64,000 nt of DNA. It comes from an uncultured Candidatus Saccharibacteria bacterium. GTDB taxonomy: Bacteria; Patescibacteriota; Minisyncoccia; Phycocordibacterales; UBA9973. Below the pieces are notes generated by a model. The model was not told the origin of the DNA. It worked only from the letters and a program-made list of their open reading frames with translations, and did not search any database. The first letter of the stretch is position 1; the number at the start of each line of letters is the position of its first letter. This document shows positions 6,086 to 14,795 of the stretch, piece after piece. Where the stretch lies: NCBI GenBank assembly GCA_964626965.1, contig CAZVHB010000001.1, positions 1,818-65,817 on the forward strand. The letters are read 5' to 3'. A program made the position numbers and the translations under genes.

Positions 6086-8959
6086 ATGAAAAACATATTT
6101 ACAAAAATTAGTTCAAAAGCATACATAGGCGCACTTGCGCTCTTTTTGGCTTTTGGTCTTACAAGCCAAGCATATGCTGGCGCAGTTGCATGGGCAGGTC
6201 CAACAGAGTTTGGTACTATCGCTAATGTTACCGGAACATCAATCGTCGAAAGTAGTCCTTATACACCATTTTCTTATGCAAATACATCTTCTGCGTCTGC
6301 AGGTGATAAAGTTGCGGTTATTGTGTATTTCCACAATAAAGGAAATGCTGCATCTCCAAACACATATATTAAAGTAAATAAATCAACCAACGGCTCTGCC
6401 TCTACGTTTACATTTACTGGTTCTGTGTCTGGTGGTGGAGCTTCAAAATCTGGCTCAACAACAGTGAACCTTTCTTCTAGTCAAACACTCACGTATATCC
6501 CAGGATCACTACGCGTTAGTAAAGACCGTGCTCCAGTAGGGTACTCAGTATCAAATGATACAGACGTTTTTTCAGGTGCTGGTCTTGATATTGGGATGGT
6601 ACAAGGAATGGATACTTGCGGAACAGACGCACTCTGTCACCAAGGTTCTGTTGCACTTGGATTTCAAGTAAGTTCAACTTCTACAACTCATCTTTGTTCA
6701 AATGGACAAGATGATGACGGAGATCTCCTTATCGATATGAATGACCCAGGATGTACTGACCCAACTGATGATAATGAATACAATCTTGTATCACCACTTG
6801 TGTGTACAATCAATTCTTTCACTGGATCACCTTTGACTGTTGCTTCTGGTGGATATACAAATCTTTCATGGAACACAACAAACTGTACAACTGTTACTGT
6901 TGATGGATTTACCTATCCTGTCGATGGTAGTGGAAATTTTGGCCCACTCTTTGTCGGTAAAACATACTATCTTGCTGCTTCAAACGGAACTAGTACTGAC
7001 TCAGAAACAGTCTATGTTGGTGTAAATACTGTTGCTTCAGCATGTACAATTGATACATACTATGCATCACCAACTACAGTAACTTCAGGTGGATATACAA
7101 CAATTTATTGGAATACATCAAACTGTACGACTGTTACTATCGATGGTATGCCTCAGTCAGTAGACGGAAGTAATTCTTTTGGTCCGATCTATTCTGGTAA
7201 AACATACAACATTGTTGCGTCAAACAGTACAAGTACTGATTCAGATAGTCTCTACGTTGGAACAAATTCTGTAAATAACTGTACGATTGATAATTTCTAC
7301 GCATCACCATCTACTGTTTCTTCAGGGAACTACACAACACTTCATTGGAATACATCAAACTGTGACCAAGTGACGATCGACGGTATTACTTATTATTCTG
7401 TTGATGGAAGTGGATCTTTTGGACCACTCTACAGTGGACGAAGTTACCAAATCCAAGCATGGAAAACTAGTCAATCTCCAGTTTCTCAAACAACATACGT
7501 ATCAGTTGATACATACTCTTCAAACAACTGTAGTATCGATACTTTTTATGCATCACCTACAACAGTAATCTCAGGTAGTACTACTCAACTCTTTTGGAAT
7601 ACATCAAACTGCGACCAGGTTACTGTTGATGGTATTAATTATGGTGTTGATGGAAGTGGTTATTTCGGCCCACTCTATAGTGGACGAAGTTACGTGCTCA
7701 ATGCGTGGAAAAATGGTCAAACTGTACGTACACAAACAGTCTATGTTGGTGTAAATTCTGTCAATAATTCATCTTACGCATGTAATGATGGGTATGATAA
7801 TGATGGTGACGGACGTGTAGACTATCCAAATGACGCTGGTTGTTACTCATCAACTGATAACGATGAATACAACTATGTTGCACCAGCTGTTTTGAATACT
7901 GTTGTGACAACACTCAACCCAAGTAATCTTACATCTTCTTCTGCACGTTTGAATGGATCTATCTTCAATGGTGGAAATAATGCAACTCAGTTTTATTTTG
8001 AATGGGGAACAGATACAAATTCTCTTCCAAACAAAACAAATTCACAAACAACCTTTTCAGATAATTCAGTAACGTACTTTGATACTGCATACAATCTTTC
8101 AACTGGTGTTACCTATTACTATCGTGCAGTTGCACAAAAAAGTAATGGAGTGGTCATCCGTGGCGATATTAGACAATTTCGCTTGATTGAAGTGGTAACT
8201 CCTGTATTTACAAATACAGTGACACGAGTAGTTACGGTGCCAGCTCCAGTAGTACAAGAGAGAGGAGTAGTTGTCGGACTTGGAACAAATCTTGTACAGC
8301 TTCGATATATTACGAATGATATCCTTAGTACAAATACTGGTGGTTTTGGAATCACTCAAACTGGTATCAATCAAAATGTAAACAATGGTGTACAAAATGT
8401 CTGTGTTGATGACAGTATTAAATTTGTTGTTGAATACAGAAATATCTCAACAATTACACTTAATAATGCAATCCTTCATATTGATATTCCAAAAGATGTC
8501 GACTTCCGAAGTTCATCAGCCGGAGTATTTAATAAAGCAGACAATACTATCACTATCAATGTAGGAACACTCACTCCTGGTCAATCAGGTCAAGTATCTT
8601 TCGACGGAATTGTTATGAGTAGTGCAGCAAATCGAGATCTTCTCGTTGTCCCAGCAACACTCTCATTTGAAAATCCAAACAATGGTGCTCGAGAAACAGC
8701 GATTGCGTACGGACTCGCAACGACTCAAAACTGTATTAAAAATGGGGGACTTGCCGGATTCGCATTCGGTTCAGGATTCTTTCCAGATACACTCTTTGGA
8801 TGGTTGCTCTTAATTCTCGTACTCCTCGCTCTGATTTACCTTCTTCGAAGAATGTTTATGGTGTATGGAATCGGACCAAGATCAAAGACCACAACCACAA
8901 CGACTACACAAAGACATTACGAGGATATGGATATTCCAACAGCGCCATACCAACACTAA
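6086..8959 (+). CDS. Large cell-surface protein (957 aa): signal peptide, 4 tandem ~80-aa repeats flanked by Asp-rich CxxGxDxDGDG motifs, a fibronectin-III-like domain, a DUF11-like domain and a C-terminal TM anchor
   Basis: Repeats CTIDxFYASPxTVxSGxYTxLxWNTSNC..VT.DG..Y.VDGSG.FGP.YSG. Also NATQFYFEWGTD (fn3-like), TPGQSGQVSFDGIV (DUF11-like) and a C-terminal GSGFFPDTLFGWLLLILVLLALIYLLRR. Confidence 0.75.
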   Translation: MKNIFTKISSKAYIGALALFLAFGLTSQAYAGAVAWAGPTEFGTIANVTGTSIVESSPYTPFSYANTSSASAGDKVAVIVYFHNKGNAASPNTYIKVNKSTNGSASTFTFTGSVSGGGASKSGSTTVNLSSSQTLTYIPGSLRVSKDRAPVGYSVSNDTDVFSGAGLDIGMVQGMDTCGTDALCHQGSVALGFQVSSTSTTHLCSNGQDDDGDLLIDMNDPGCTDPTDDNEYNLVSPLVCTINSFTGSPLTVASGGYTNLSWNTTNCTTVTVDGFTYPVDGSGNFGPLFVGKTYYLAASNGTSTDSETVYVGVNTVASACTIDTYYASPTTVTSGGYTTIYWNTSNCTTVTIDGMPQSVDGSNSFGPIYSGKTYNIVASNSTSTDSDSLYVGTNSVNNCTIDNFYASPSTVSSGNYTTLHWNTSNCDQVTIDGITYYSVDGSGSFGPLYSGRSYQIQAWKTSQSPVSQTTYVSVDTYSSNNCSIDTFYASPTTVISGSTTQLFWNTSNCDQVTVDGINYGVDGSGYFGPLYSGRSYVLNAWKNGQTVRTQTVYVGVNSVNNSSYACNDGYDNDGDGRVDYPNDAGCYSSTDNDEYNYVAPAVLNTVVTTLNPSNLTSSSARLNGSIFNGGNNATQFYFEWGTDTNSLPNKTNSQTTFSDNSVTYFDTAYNLSTGVTYYYRAVAQKSNGVVIRGDIRQFRLIEVVTPVFTNTVTRVVTVPAPVVQERGVVVGLGTNLVQLRYITNDILSTNTGGFGITQTGINQNVNNGVQNVCVDDSIKFVVEYRNISTITLNNAILHIDIPKDVDFRSSSAGVFNKADNTITINVGTLTPGQSGQVSFDGIVMSSAANRDLLVVPATLSFENPNNGARETAIAYGLATTQNCIKNGGLAGFAFGSGFFPDTLFGWLLLILVLLALIYLLRRMFMVYGIGPRSKTTTTTTTQRHYEDMDIPTAPYQH
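6803..7774 (+). repeat. Four tandem ~240-bp (79-83 aa) intragenic repeats
   Basis: Each repeat starts with a TGT (Cys) codon, at 6803, 7043, 7280 and 7529. Confidence 0.8.
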
Positions 8960-8989
8960 TCTGCGCGTATAAAATTTATCACACAAATG

Positions 8990-9025
8990 CACAAAAAACC
9001 GGAATTGCCTCCGGTTTTTTGTTTG
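8990..9025 (+). terminator. Rho-independent terminator
   Basis: aaccggaattgcctccggtt followed by ttttttg. Confidence 0.75.
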
Positions 9026-9062
9026 TCTATAAGTTTATTTGGAAAGCTGATACAATGAGCAT

Positions 9063-11459
9063 ATGCAGAAATCACCCTACACCGAAACCTACATTCTCCT
9101 CGATGCACATGCGATTATTCACCGTGCGTACCATGCGATTCCTGACTTTACGACAAAAAGTGGTCAGCCGACAGGAGCTCTCTTTGGACTCATGAGTATG
9201 CTCATTCGCATTATGACCGAGATCAAACCAGACTATATTATTGCATGCTATGATCTACCCGATAAAACATTTCGTCATATTGCCTACGATGCATACAAAG
9301 GCACTCGCGCAAAGACTGATGATATTCTTGTCGAGCAACTCATCAAATCTCGCAGTATCTTTGAACGGTGTAATATCCCTATTTACGATGCAAAAGGATA
9401 TGAAGCAGACGACGTACTCGGCACGCTCGCTGATATCTTGAAGAAAAATAAGAAAAATAAAGTGATCATTGCGTCAGGTGATATGGATACGATGCAGTTG
9501 ATTGATAGTGACCAAGTTGTTGTGTATACACTCAAGAAGGGGATCACTGATACTATTTTTTATGATGAAGAAGCTGTGGTAGAGCGGTATGGATTTTCGC
9601 CTTCTTCGATTCCAGACTATAAAGGATTACGTGGCGATACATCAGATAATATTATCGGTATCAAAGGTATTGGTGAAAAGACTGCAACAATTCTCATTCA
9701 GAAATACGGTACGATAGAACAGATGTATGTTGCGCTTAAAAAAGACGAAGCAAAATTTAAAAAAGACACAGGTCTCACGGACAGACTTGTGGGGCTTATT
9801 CGTGATAATGAAGAAGAAGCACTTTTTTCAAAAGAGCTCGCGACCATACAACGAGATTTACCAATTAATCTTACGCCTTCTGTTCTTCATCATACTATCT
9901 TTAATAAAGATGACGTGATTGCGCTCTGTGAAGAACTTGAATTCAAAAGCCTCATTCCACGTATCTCAAATTTGTATACGAATAATACAGAAACAATTTC
10001 AAACAAGAAGACAGTTTCAAAAGAGGATACAAGTGAAGTGGTCCCAATAGTAGAGGTAGATCCAAAGTATCTTCTTGCTGTATCACTCCTTGATTCAGAG
10101 AAAATCAAACCAACAGCGGAGGATATTTTGGCCTATAGTAACCAAGGTGATTTGGGTGAAGCATATGCAACTATAGAGAAAGAAATAGTAAAAAATAATC
10201 TCGAGTATGTGTGGAAGGAGATTGAAATACCTCTCTATGATATTGTCCAAGAAATGTCAGCTACTGGTATTACGATTGATATTCCATATTTTAAAAAAAT
10301 GAGTGAAAAACTCCACAGTGAACTCGACACATTAGAAAAAAGAATTTGGCAACTTGCTGGACAAGAGTTCAATATTAACTCACCAAAACAAATGGGAGAA
10401 ATATTATTTACAGTGCTCAATTTAGGTGAAGGGCAGAAGAAAATCAAAAAAACTGCAGGTGGGGCTATTACGACAAAAGAATCCGAGCTTGAAAAGTTGC
10501 GTGATGCTCATCCTATTATCTCGTATATCCTCGAATACCGAGAGATTCAGAAGCTTGTTTCAACATATATTGATAGTATTCCACTCTTAGTTGGTGCTGA
10601 TGGACGAATCCACTCTACTTTCAATCAACTTGGTGCGGCAACTGGACGTTTTTCTTCAAACGACCCAAACCTTCAGAATATTCCTATCAAAACAGAACGG
10701 GGAAGACTTATTCGTGGTGGTTTTGTTGCAAAGTCAGGTTATGTATTTTTGGGCTTTGACTATTCTCAGATTGAGCTACGTGTTGGCGCGCTTCTTTCAC
10801 AAGATCCGGACATGCTTGATACATTCATTCATGGTAAAGATATTCATACAACTGTGGCGAAAAAAGTTTTTAATGTTGAAGAGTCTGGTGTCACTCCTGA
10901 CATGCGTCGCAAAGCAAAAGTGATTAATTTTGGAATTATGTATGGTATGGGTGCGACAGCGCTCTCAGAAAATTTGGGTGTCCCACGAAAAGAAGCCCAG
11001 CTTTTTCTAGAAGAATATAAAAAACAATTTCCTGGGCTCAATATGTACCTTGAATCTATCGTAGAATTTGCAAAGACACACAAATATACGGAAACATTTT
11101 TTGGAAGAAAGAGAAATTTTTCAAAAATAAATTCAGTCATTCCATTTATTCGTGCAATGTATGAACGTATGGCAGTCAATGCACCAGTGCAGGGGACAGC
11201 TGCAGATATTATTAAGCTTGCGATGTTGCATTCACGTAAAATACTTGCGGAACACAAACTTGATATACATGCACAGCTCGTTTTGCAAGTGCATGATGAA
11301 ATTATTTTTGAAGTTGAAGAAAAATATCAACAAGAAGTAGCGGAACTCATCGAAAAGACGATGGAAAATATCATCCCGAAAAATATGAAAAAAGATCTTA
11401 TTTTTCCACCTTTTTCAACTTCTGTTGCGGTCGGGAAAACCTGGGCAGATTTGAAGTAA
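9063..11459 (+). CDS. polA: DNA polymerase I (5'-3' exonuclease plus polymerase; the 3'-5' exonuclease domain looks reduced)
   Basis: Motif A DYSQIELR, motif B RRKAKVINFGIMYG, motif C QVHDEIIFE. TACAAT-N6-ATG lies at the start. Confidence 0.9.
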   Translation: MQKSPYTETYILLDAHAIIHRAYHAIPDFTTKSGQPTGALFGLMSMLIRIMTEIKPDYIIACYDLPDKTFRHIAYDAYKGTRAKTDDILVEQLIKSRSIFERCNIPIYDAKGYEADDVLGTLADILKKNKKNKVIIASGDMDTMQLIDSDQVVVYTLKKGITDTIFYDEEAVVERYGFSPSSIPDYKGLRGDTSDNIIGIKGIGEKTATILIQKYGTIEQMYVALKKDEAKFKKDTGLTDRLVGLIRDNEEEALFSKELATIQRDLPINLTPSVLHHTIFNKDDVIALCEELEFKSLIPRISNLYTNNTETISNKKTVSKEDTSEVVPIVEVDPKYLLAVSLLDSEKIKPTAEDILAYSNQGDLGEAYATIEKEIVKNNLEYVWKEIEIPLYDIVQEMSATGITIDIPYFKKMSEKLHSELDTLEKRIWQLAGQEFNINSPKQMGEILFTVLNLGEGQKKIKKTAGGAITTKESELEKLRDAHPIISYILEYREIQKLVSTYIDSIPLLVGADGRIHSTFNQLGAATGRFSSNDPNLQNIPIKTERGRLIRGGFVAKSGYVFLGFDYSQIELRVGALLSQDPDMLDTFIHGKDIHTTVAKKVFNVEESGVTPDMRRKAKVINFGIMYGMGATALSENLGVPRKEAQLFLEEYKKQFPGLNMYLESIVEFAKTHKYTETFFGRKRNFSKINSVIPFIRAMYERMAVNAPVQGTAADIIKLAMLHSRKILAEHKLDIHAQLVLQVHDEIIFEVEEKYQQEVAELIEKTMENIIPKNMKKDLIFPPFSTSVAVGKTWADLK

Positions 11460-11486
11460 ATCCTTTGGACATTACATGATACTAGT

Positions 11487-11602
11487 GATATACCCCGACA
11501 CCAATCCTTATTTTTTTACCCTAGATTGAGGTTTTTATAAGTAAGGTGGTATGAATGTTATTTCGTTGTAAGTTGTAAAAAGATTGGTGTGGGGGTATAA
11601 TA
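11487..11602. repeat. Inverted pair of the GATTGGTGTSGGGGTATA motif (20 bp, 2 mismatches) flanking ~76 bp
   Basis: 11487-11506 gatataccccgacaccaatc versus 11583-11602 gattggtgtgggggtataat. The right arm precedes the 11625 gene; the left arm has no cognate gene. Confidence 0.6.
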
Positions 11603-11624
11603 TACATATATTTTTAATAAACAT

Positions 11625-12095
11625 ATGATTAAAATCAGTAAAAAACATCTTATTCACAGCATCCTCGGCCACTCGTACCTCGCTTTTGTGGTATTTTTTT
11701 GTGGTGCTATATTTTTTGACCAGATTATTCCTATCACCCGATTAGATACAGCGTATCTTCAATATATTGGTGCGGCGCTCGTACTCTTTGGGACAAGCCT
11801 TATTTGCTGGGCTCAAGTTGATTCTCAGAAATCACTCCATGAAAGACATCAAGAGAAACCAGGAGAACAAGCTTTTTTCCATGGTCCATACAAATTTATT
11901 CGTACTCCTACTCAAGTCGGACTCTTTTTTCTGTTTCTCGGACTCGGTCTTACTCTTGGTAATGTTTGGGTGATTATTTTTTCAGTTATTTCAATCATCG
12001 TCAATTTCACTATCTTTGTAAAACAACAAGAACATATTCTTGCTAAACGTTATGGAGAGAGTTACATTTCATATAAGACAAAAGTTCACTTTTAA
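11625..12095 (+). CDS. Membrane methyltransferase of the isoprenylcysteine carboxyl methyltransferase / phospholipid methyltransferase family
   Basis: GPYKFIRTPTQVG matches the RHP..G-type motif, and there is a C-terminal E...L...YGESYISYK. Four TM helices. Confidence 0.55.
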   Translation: MIKISKKHLIHSILGHSYLAFVVFFCGAIFFDQIIPITRLDTAYLQYIGAALVLFGTSLICWAQVDSQKSLHERHQEKPGEQAFFHGPYKFIRTPTQVGLFFLFLGLGLTLGNVWVIIFSVISIIVNFTIFVKQQEHILAKRYGESYISYKTKVHF

Positions 12096-12098
12096 TCT

Positions 12099-12794
12099 AT
12101 GATTCACGTCATTATTGCTCCGGACTATGATTTTTTTACTAAACAAAAGGAGTCTCTAAAAAAGAAGCTTTCTCTCTCGAACGAATACAATGTGGAAGAG
12201 GTAAGTGGTTGTCCTCTCGTACACGCTGATTTTAGTGTGGAAGGTTTTTTTGAACGACCACCATATCTTCTCGTATATAAATATCTTTTTTCTGAAATTA
12301 GAGAGAACCAGTATGAAGAGTACATCACTGACTTGGCTCAAACCAAACACACGGTTCTTTTGTATGAAAAAACAAACAGTAAAGAATTTACGCAATTCTT
12401 AAAAGACCACAGTATTACTCCAGTAGAAGTAAAGACGGTAGTTGAGAAAAAAGAAGTCACACCTTTTTCTTTTACCGATGCAGTGATTGCAAGAAATAAA
12501 AAAGATGCGTGGATTGAATTTATGGCACTTCGAAACAAACAGGTTGAAATGATGAGCATTACCTCGGGTCTTATTTGGGCGATGAAGAGTTTACTCCTTG
12601 TTCTTACTCAAAAAGATGTCTCGAATACTGGGCTTAATCCGTATGTGTATAGTAAAATGAGTAAAAAGGTGAGTGTCTGGAAAGTATCTGAAGCACAGGC
12701 TTTTCTTCGAAGCTTACTGTACTTGAGTCTTGAAGAGCAATTCGATGAAGAAGCTCAGAGTATCAAATTAGAACAGTTGTTGTTTCAGTTGTAA
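12099..12794 (+). CDS. Hypothetical protein (possibly a divergent DNA polymerase III delta-like subunit)
   Basis: 3-nt gap after the upstream gene. No firm motif. The delta-subunit idea rests only on size and context. Confidence 0.3.
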   Translation: MIHVIIAPDYDFFTKQKESLKKKLSLSNEYNVEEVSGCPLVHADFSVEGFFERPPYLLVYKYLFSEIRENQYEEYITDLAQTKHTVLLYEKTNSKEFTQFLKDHSITPVEVKTVVEKKEVTPFSFTDAVIARNKKDAWIEFMALRNKQVEMMSITSGLIWAMKSLLLVLTQKDVSNTGLNPYVYSKMSKKVSVWKVSEAQAFLRSLLYLSLEEQFDEEAQSIKLEQLLFQL

Positions 12795-13013
12795 ATTCAC
12801 TGTCGACTTTTCCACAGAAACTATTTGCACTTGTTGTTTTTTTTAAAATATTGCTATACTAGAGAGAGTTCTTCTTTATTAGTAAAGAACTAAAGGTCAT
12901 TATTAAAAAAATAAGTGTACGATACGTTTCTGCCTACTAGAGAATGTCTTGGCTATAGAGAAGGTGTTTCCTAGTATACAATACATACGTACACAAAAAC
13001 AAATCATATATAT

Positions 13014-13487
13014 ATGAAAAAATCTCAAAAAGGTTTTACACTCATCGAACTTTTGATTGTTATCGCAATCATCGGTGTACTCGCAGCTGTTCTTATTCCT
13101 AACTTGCTCGCAGCTCGTAACAAAGGAGTAGACGCAGCTATTAAAGCTAACCTTGCTGCTACAAAATCTCAAGCAACATTGTTCTACGAAACATCACAAG
13201 TATTTACTGGTGTGTGTGCAACTGGATCTTCAACAGCTATCGGTGATATGGTTCTCAGTGCAGCACAAAAACTCTCTGGAGCTAACACTGTAACTGCTGC
13301 TACATGGGCGTACTCTTCAACTGGTGCGGCTAACTCTGCTGTGTGTCATGATAACGCTACAGCATGGGCAGCGATGGTATCTCTCAAGAACCCATCAACT
13401 ACATCTGGTGGATGGTGTGTTGACTCAACTGGTGCTACAAAAGAAACAGCTACTGCACTCGCAGCTGGTATTGCTGTTTGTCCATAA
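13014..13487 (+). CDS. Type IV pilin (major pilin paralog 1)
   Basis: Class III signal MKKSQKG/FTLIELLIVIAIIGVLAAV with a C-terminal Cys-Cys disulfide loop. Confidence 0.9.
   Translation: MKKSQKGFTLIELLIVIAIIGVLAAVLIPNLLAARNKGVDAAIKANLAATKSQATLFYETSQVFTGVCATGSSTAIGDMVLSAAQKLSGANTVTAATWAYSSTGAANSAVCHDNATAWAAMVSLKNPSTTSGGWCVDSTGATKETATALAAGIAVCP
13028..13158 (+). repeat. 131-bp segment identical to 13640-13770 (conserved 5' part of two pilin genes)
   Basis: Exact nucleotide identity across the prepilin N-terminal helix coding region. Confidence 0.9.
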
Positions 13488-13505
13488 GGAATTTATATTC
13501 TTTAC

Positions 13506-13537
13506 AAAAAAAACACCCAATCGGGTGTTTTTTTGTG
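13506..13537 (+). terminator. Rho-independent terminator
   Basis: aaaaaaaacaccc-aatc-gggtgttttttt. Confidence 0.8.
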
Positions 13538-13582
13538 TAAAAGGAGCTTGTGCTTTAAAAAAGCAAGATGTATACTGTTCTT

Positions 13583-14098
13583 ATGAAGATTTATATAAAA
13601 CATAAAGAAAAATTCGCGAGGGAAAGTATTATAAATAGTAAAGGTTTTACACTCATCGAACTTTTGATTGTTATCGCAATCATCGGTGTACTCGCAGCTG
13701 TTCTTATTCCTAACTTGCTCGCAGCTCGTAACAAAGGAGTAGACGCAGCTATTAAAGCTAACCTTGCTGGTATACGTTCAGAAGATATTTTATATTATGA
13801 AAATAACAACTCTTCTTTTTTAAACATCTGTACTACGTCAGTTACCGGTCTCGCTGACCAACTTGATAGTGCCGCAAAAAAGCTCTCTGGTTCTAATACT
13901 GTTGGTGGTTCAGCTCAAGCTTTTACCTACTCTGCAACTGGTGGTACTGGTTCTGCTGTGTGTCATGACTCTGCTACGGGTTGGGCTGCGGTTGTGTCGC
14001 TCAAGAACCCATCAACTGCATCTAGTGGATGGTGTATTGATTCCGTGGGTGTTTCAAAAGAAGTTACTACACTCGGAGCTAATATACGTGCTTGTTAA
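13583..14098 (+). CDS. Type IV pilin (paralog 2)
   Basis: Same N-terminus as paralog 1, variable middle, conserved C-terminal CHD...W..VSLKNPST...GWC. TGTATACT-N6-ATG at 13583. Confidence 0.85.
   Translation: MKIYIKHKEKFARESIINSKGFTLIELLIVIAIIGVLAAVLIPNLLAARNKGVDAAIKANLAGIRSEDILYYENNNSSFLNICTTSVTGLADQLDSAAKKLSGSNTVGGSAQAFTYSATGGTGSAVCHDSATGWAAVVSLKNPSTASSGWCIDSVGVSKEVTTLGANIRAC
13640..13770 (+). repeat. Second copy of the 131-bp identical pilin 5' segment
   Basis: Identical to 13028-13158. Confidence 0.9.
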
Positions 14099-14109
14099 TC
14101 AATTATTTT

Positions 14110-14156
14110 CCTCACTACAAAAAAACACCCGATTGGGTGTTTTTTTGTAGTGAGGA
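14110..14156 (+). terminator. Rho-independent terminator (extended stem)
   Basis: cctcactacaaaaaaacacccgattgggtgtttttttgtagtgagg. The core hairpin is the reverse complement of the one at 13506. Confidence 0.8.
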
Positions 14157-14223
14157 AACACGCTATGTGAATATCTTCTGTTTACTTCTTTCTTTTTTAA
14201 AAGTATCTGGGTATACTATACGT

Positions 14224-14700
14224 ATGAAAAAAATATATAAATCTCAAAAAGGTTTTACACTCATCGAACTTTTGATTGTTATTGCAATTATTAGTGTTAT
14301 TGCCTCTGTGCTTATTCCAAACGTCATGGCTGCGCGAGACAAAGGAACAACCGCTGCGCAAAGAGCCGAAGTAAAAACAGTACAAACAGAAGCAGTTGTT
14401 TTATGGGAAGCTAATAGTGGTAATCTTACCACTGTGTGTACTAACAGTACTGGGGCTCCTCGTACAGCACTCTTGAGCGCCCTGAAAAAGGGCTATCCAA
14501 ATGGTCAAATTGGAATTTTGGCGAACTCCATAGCATCGAGTTCTGGTAACGGTGCTGGTGTGTGCCACAGTACGGCATCTGCATACGGGGCAGAAATACC
14601 TCTTAAGTCTGGTGGATTTTTGTGTATGGATTCTACTGGTTTAGTGGTAGAATCTCTGACGACAAAAATTGGAACAGTGAATGATACATCTTGTTTATAA
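14224..14700 (+). CDS. Type IV pilin (paralog 3, divergent)
   Basis: MKKIYKSQKG/FTLIELLIVIAIISVIASV. GGTATACT-N6-ATG. Confidence 0.85.
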   Translation: MKKIYKSQKGFTLIELLIVIAIISVIASVLIPNVMAARDKGTTAAQRAEVKTVQTEAVVLWEANSGNLTTVCTNSTGAPRTALLSALKKGYPNGQIGILANSIASSSGNGAGVCHSTASAYGAEIPLKSGGFLCMDSTGLVVESLTTKIGTVNDTSCL

Positions 14701-14730
14701 TTTGTTTCTAAAATACAAAGGTTATATATT

Positions 14731-14768
14731 ACAAACCCAAGCAAACTAGTTTGCTTGGGTTTGTTTGT
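14731..14768 (+). terminator. Rho-independent terminator
   Basis: aaacccaagcaaactagtttgcttgggttt followed by gtttg. Confidence 0.75.
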
Positions 14769-14795
14769 TCCTTGCTATAGTAGTATACTGTGTAC

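Noticed and set aside
8800-9195. 131-aa ORF spanning the terminator between the surface protein gene and polA
   Set aside because: It runs through a strong intrinsic terminator (8990-9025) and overlaps the well-supported polA start at 9063 (TACAAT-N6-ATG), so it is a spurious read-through frame.
12903-13172. Minus-strand ORFs (12903-13172, 14197-14385, 14244-14432) antisense to the pilin genes
   Set aside because: They overlap the highly conserved prepilin N-terminal coding block. The two copies share sequence only because the pilin 5' ends are identical. There are no independent signals.
13506-14156. Mirror-image terminators after pilins 1 and 2 as an invertible DNA switch
   Set aside because: The two hairpins (cacccaatcgggtg / cacccgattgggtg) are simply the same palindromic stem with the loop on the opposite strand. 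No flanking inverted repeats or recombinase were found, so an invertible element is not supported.
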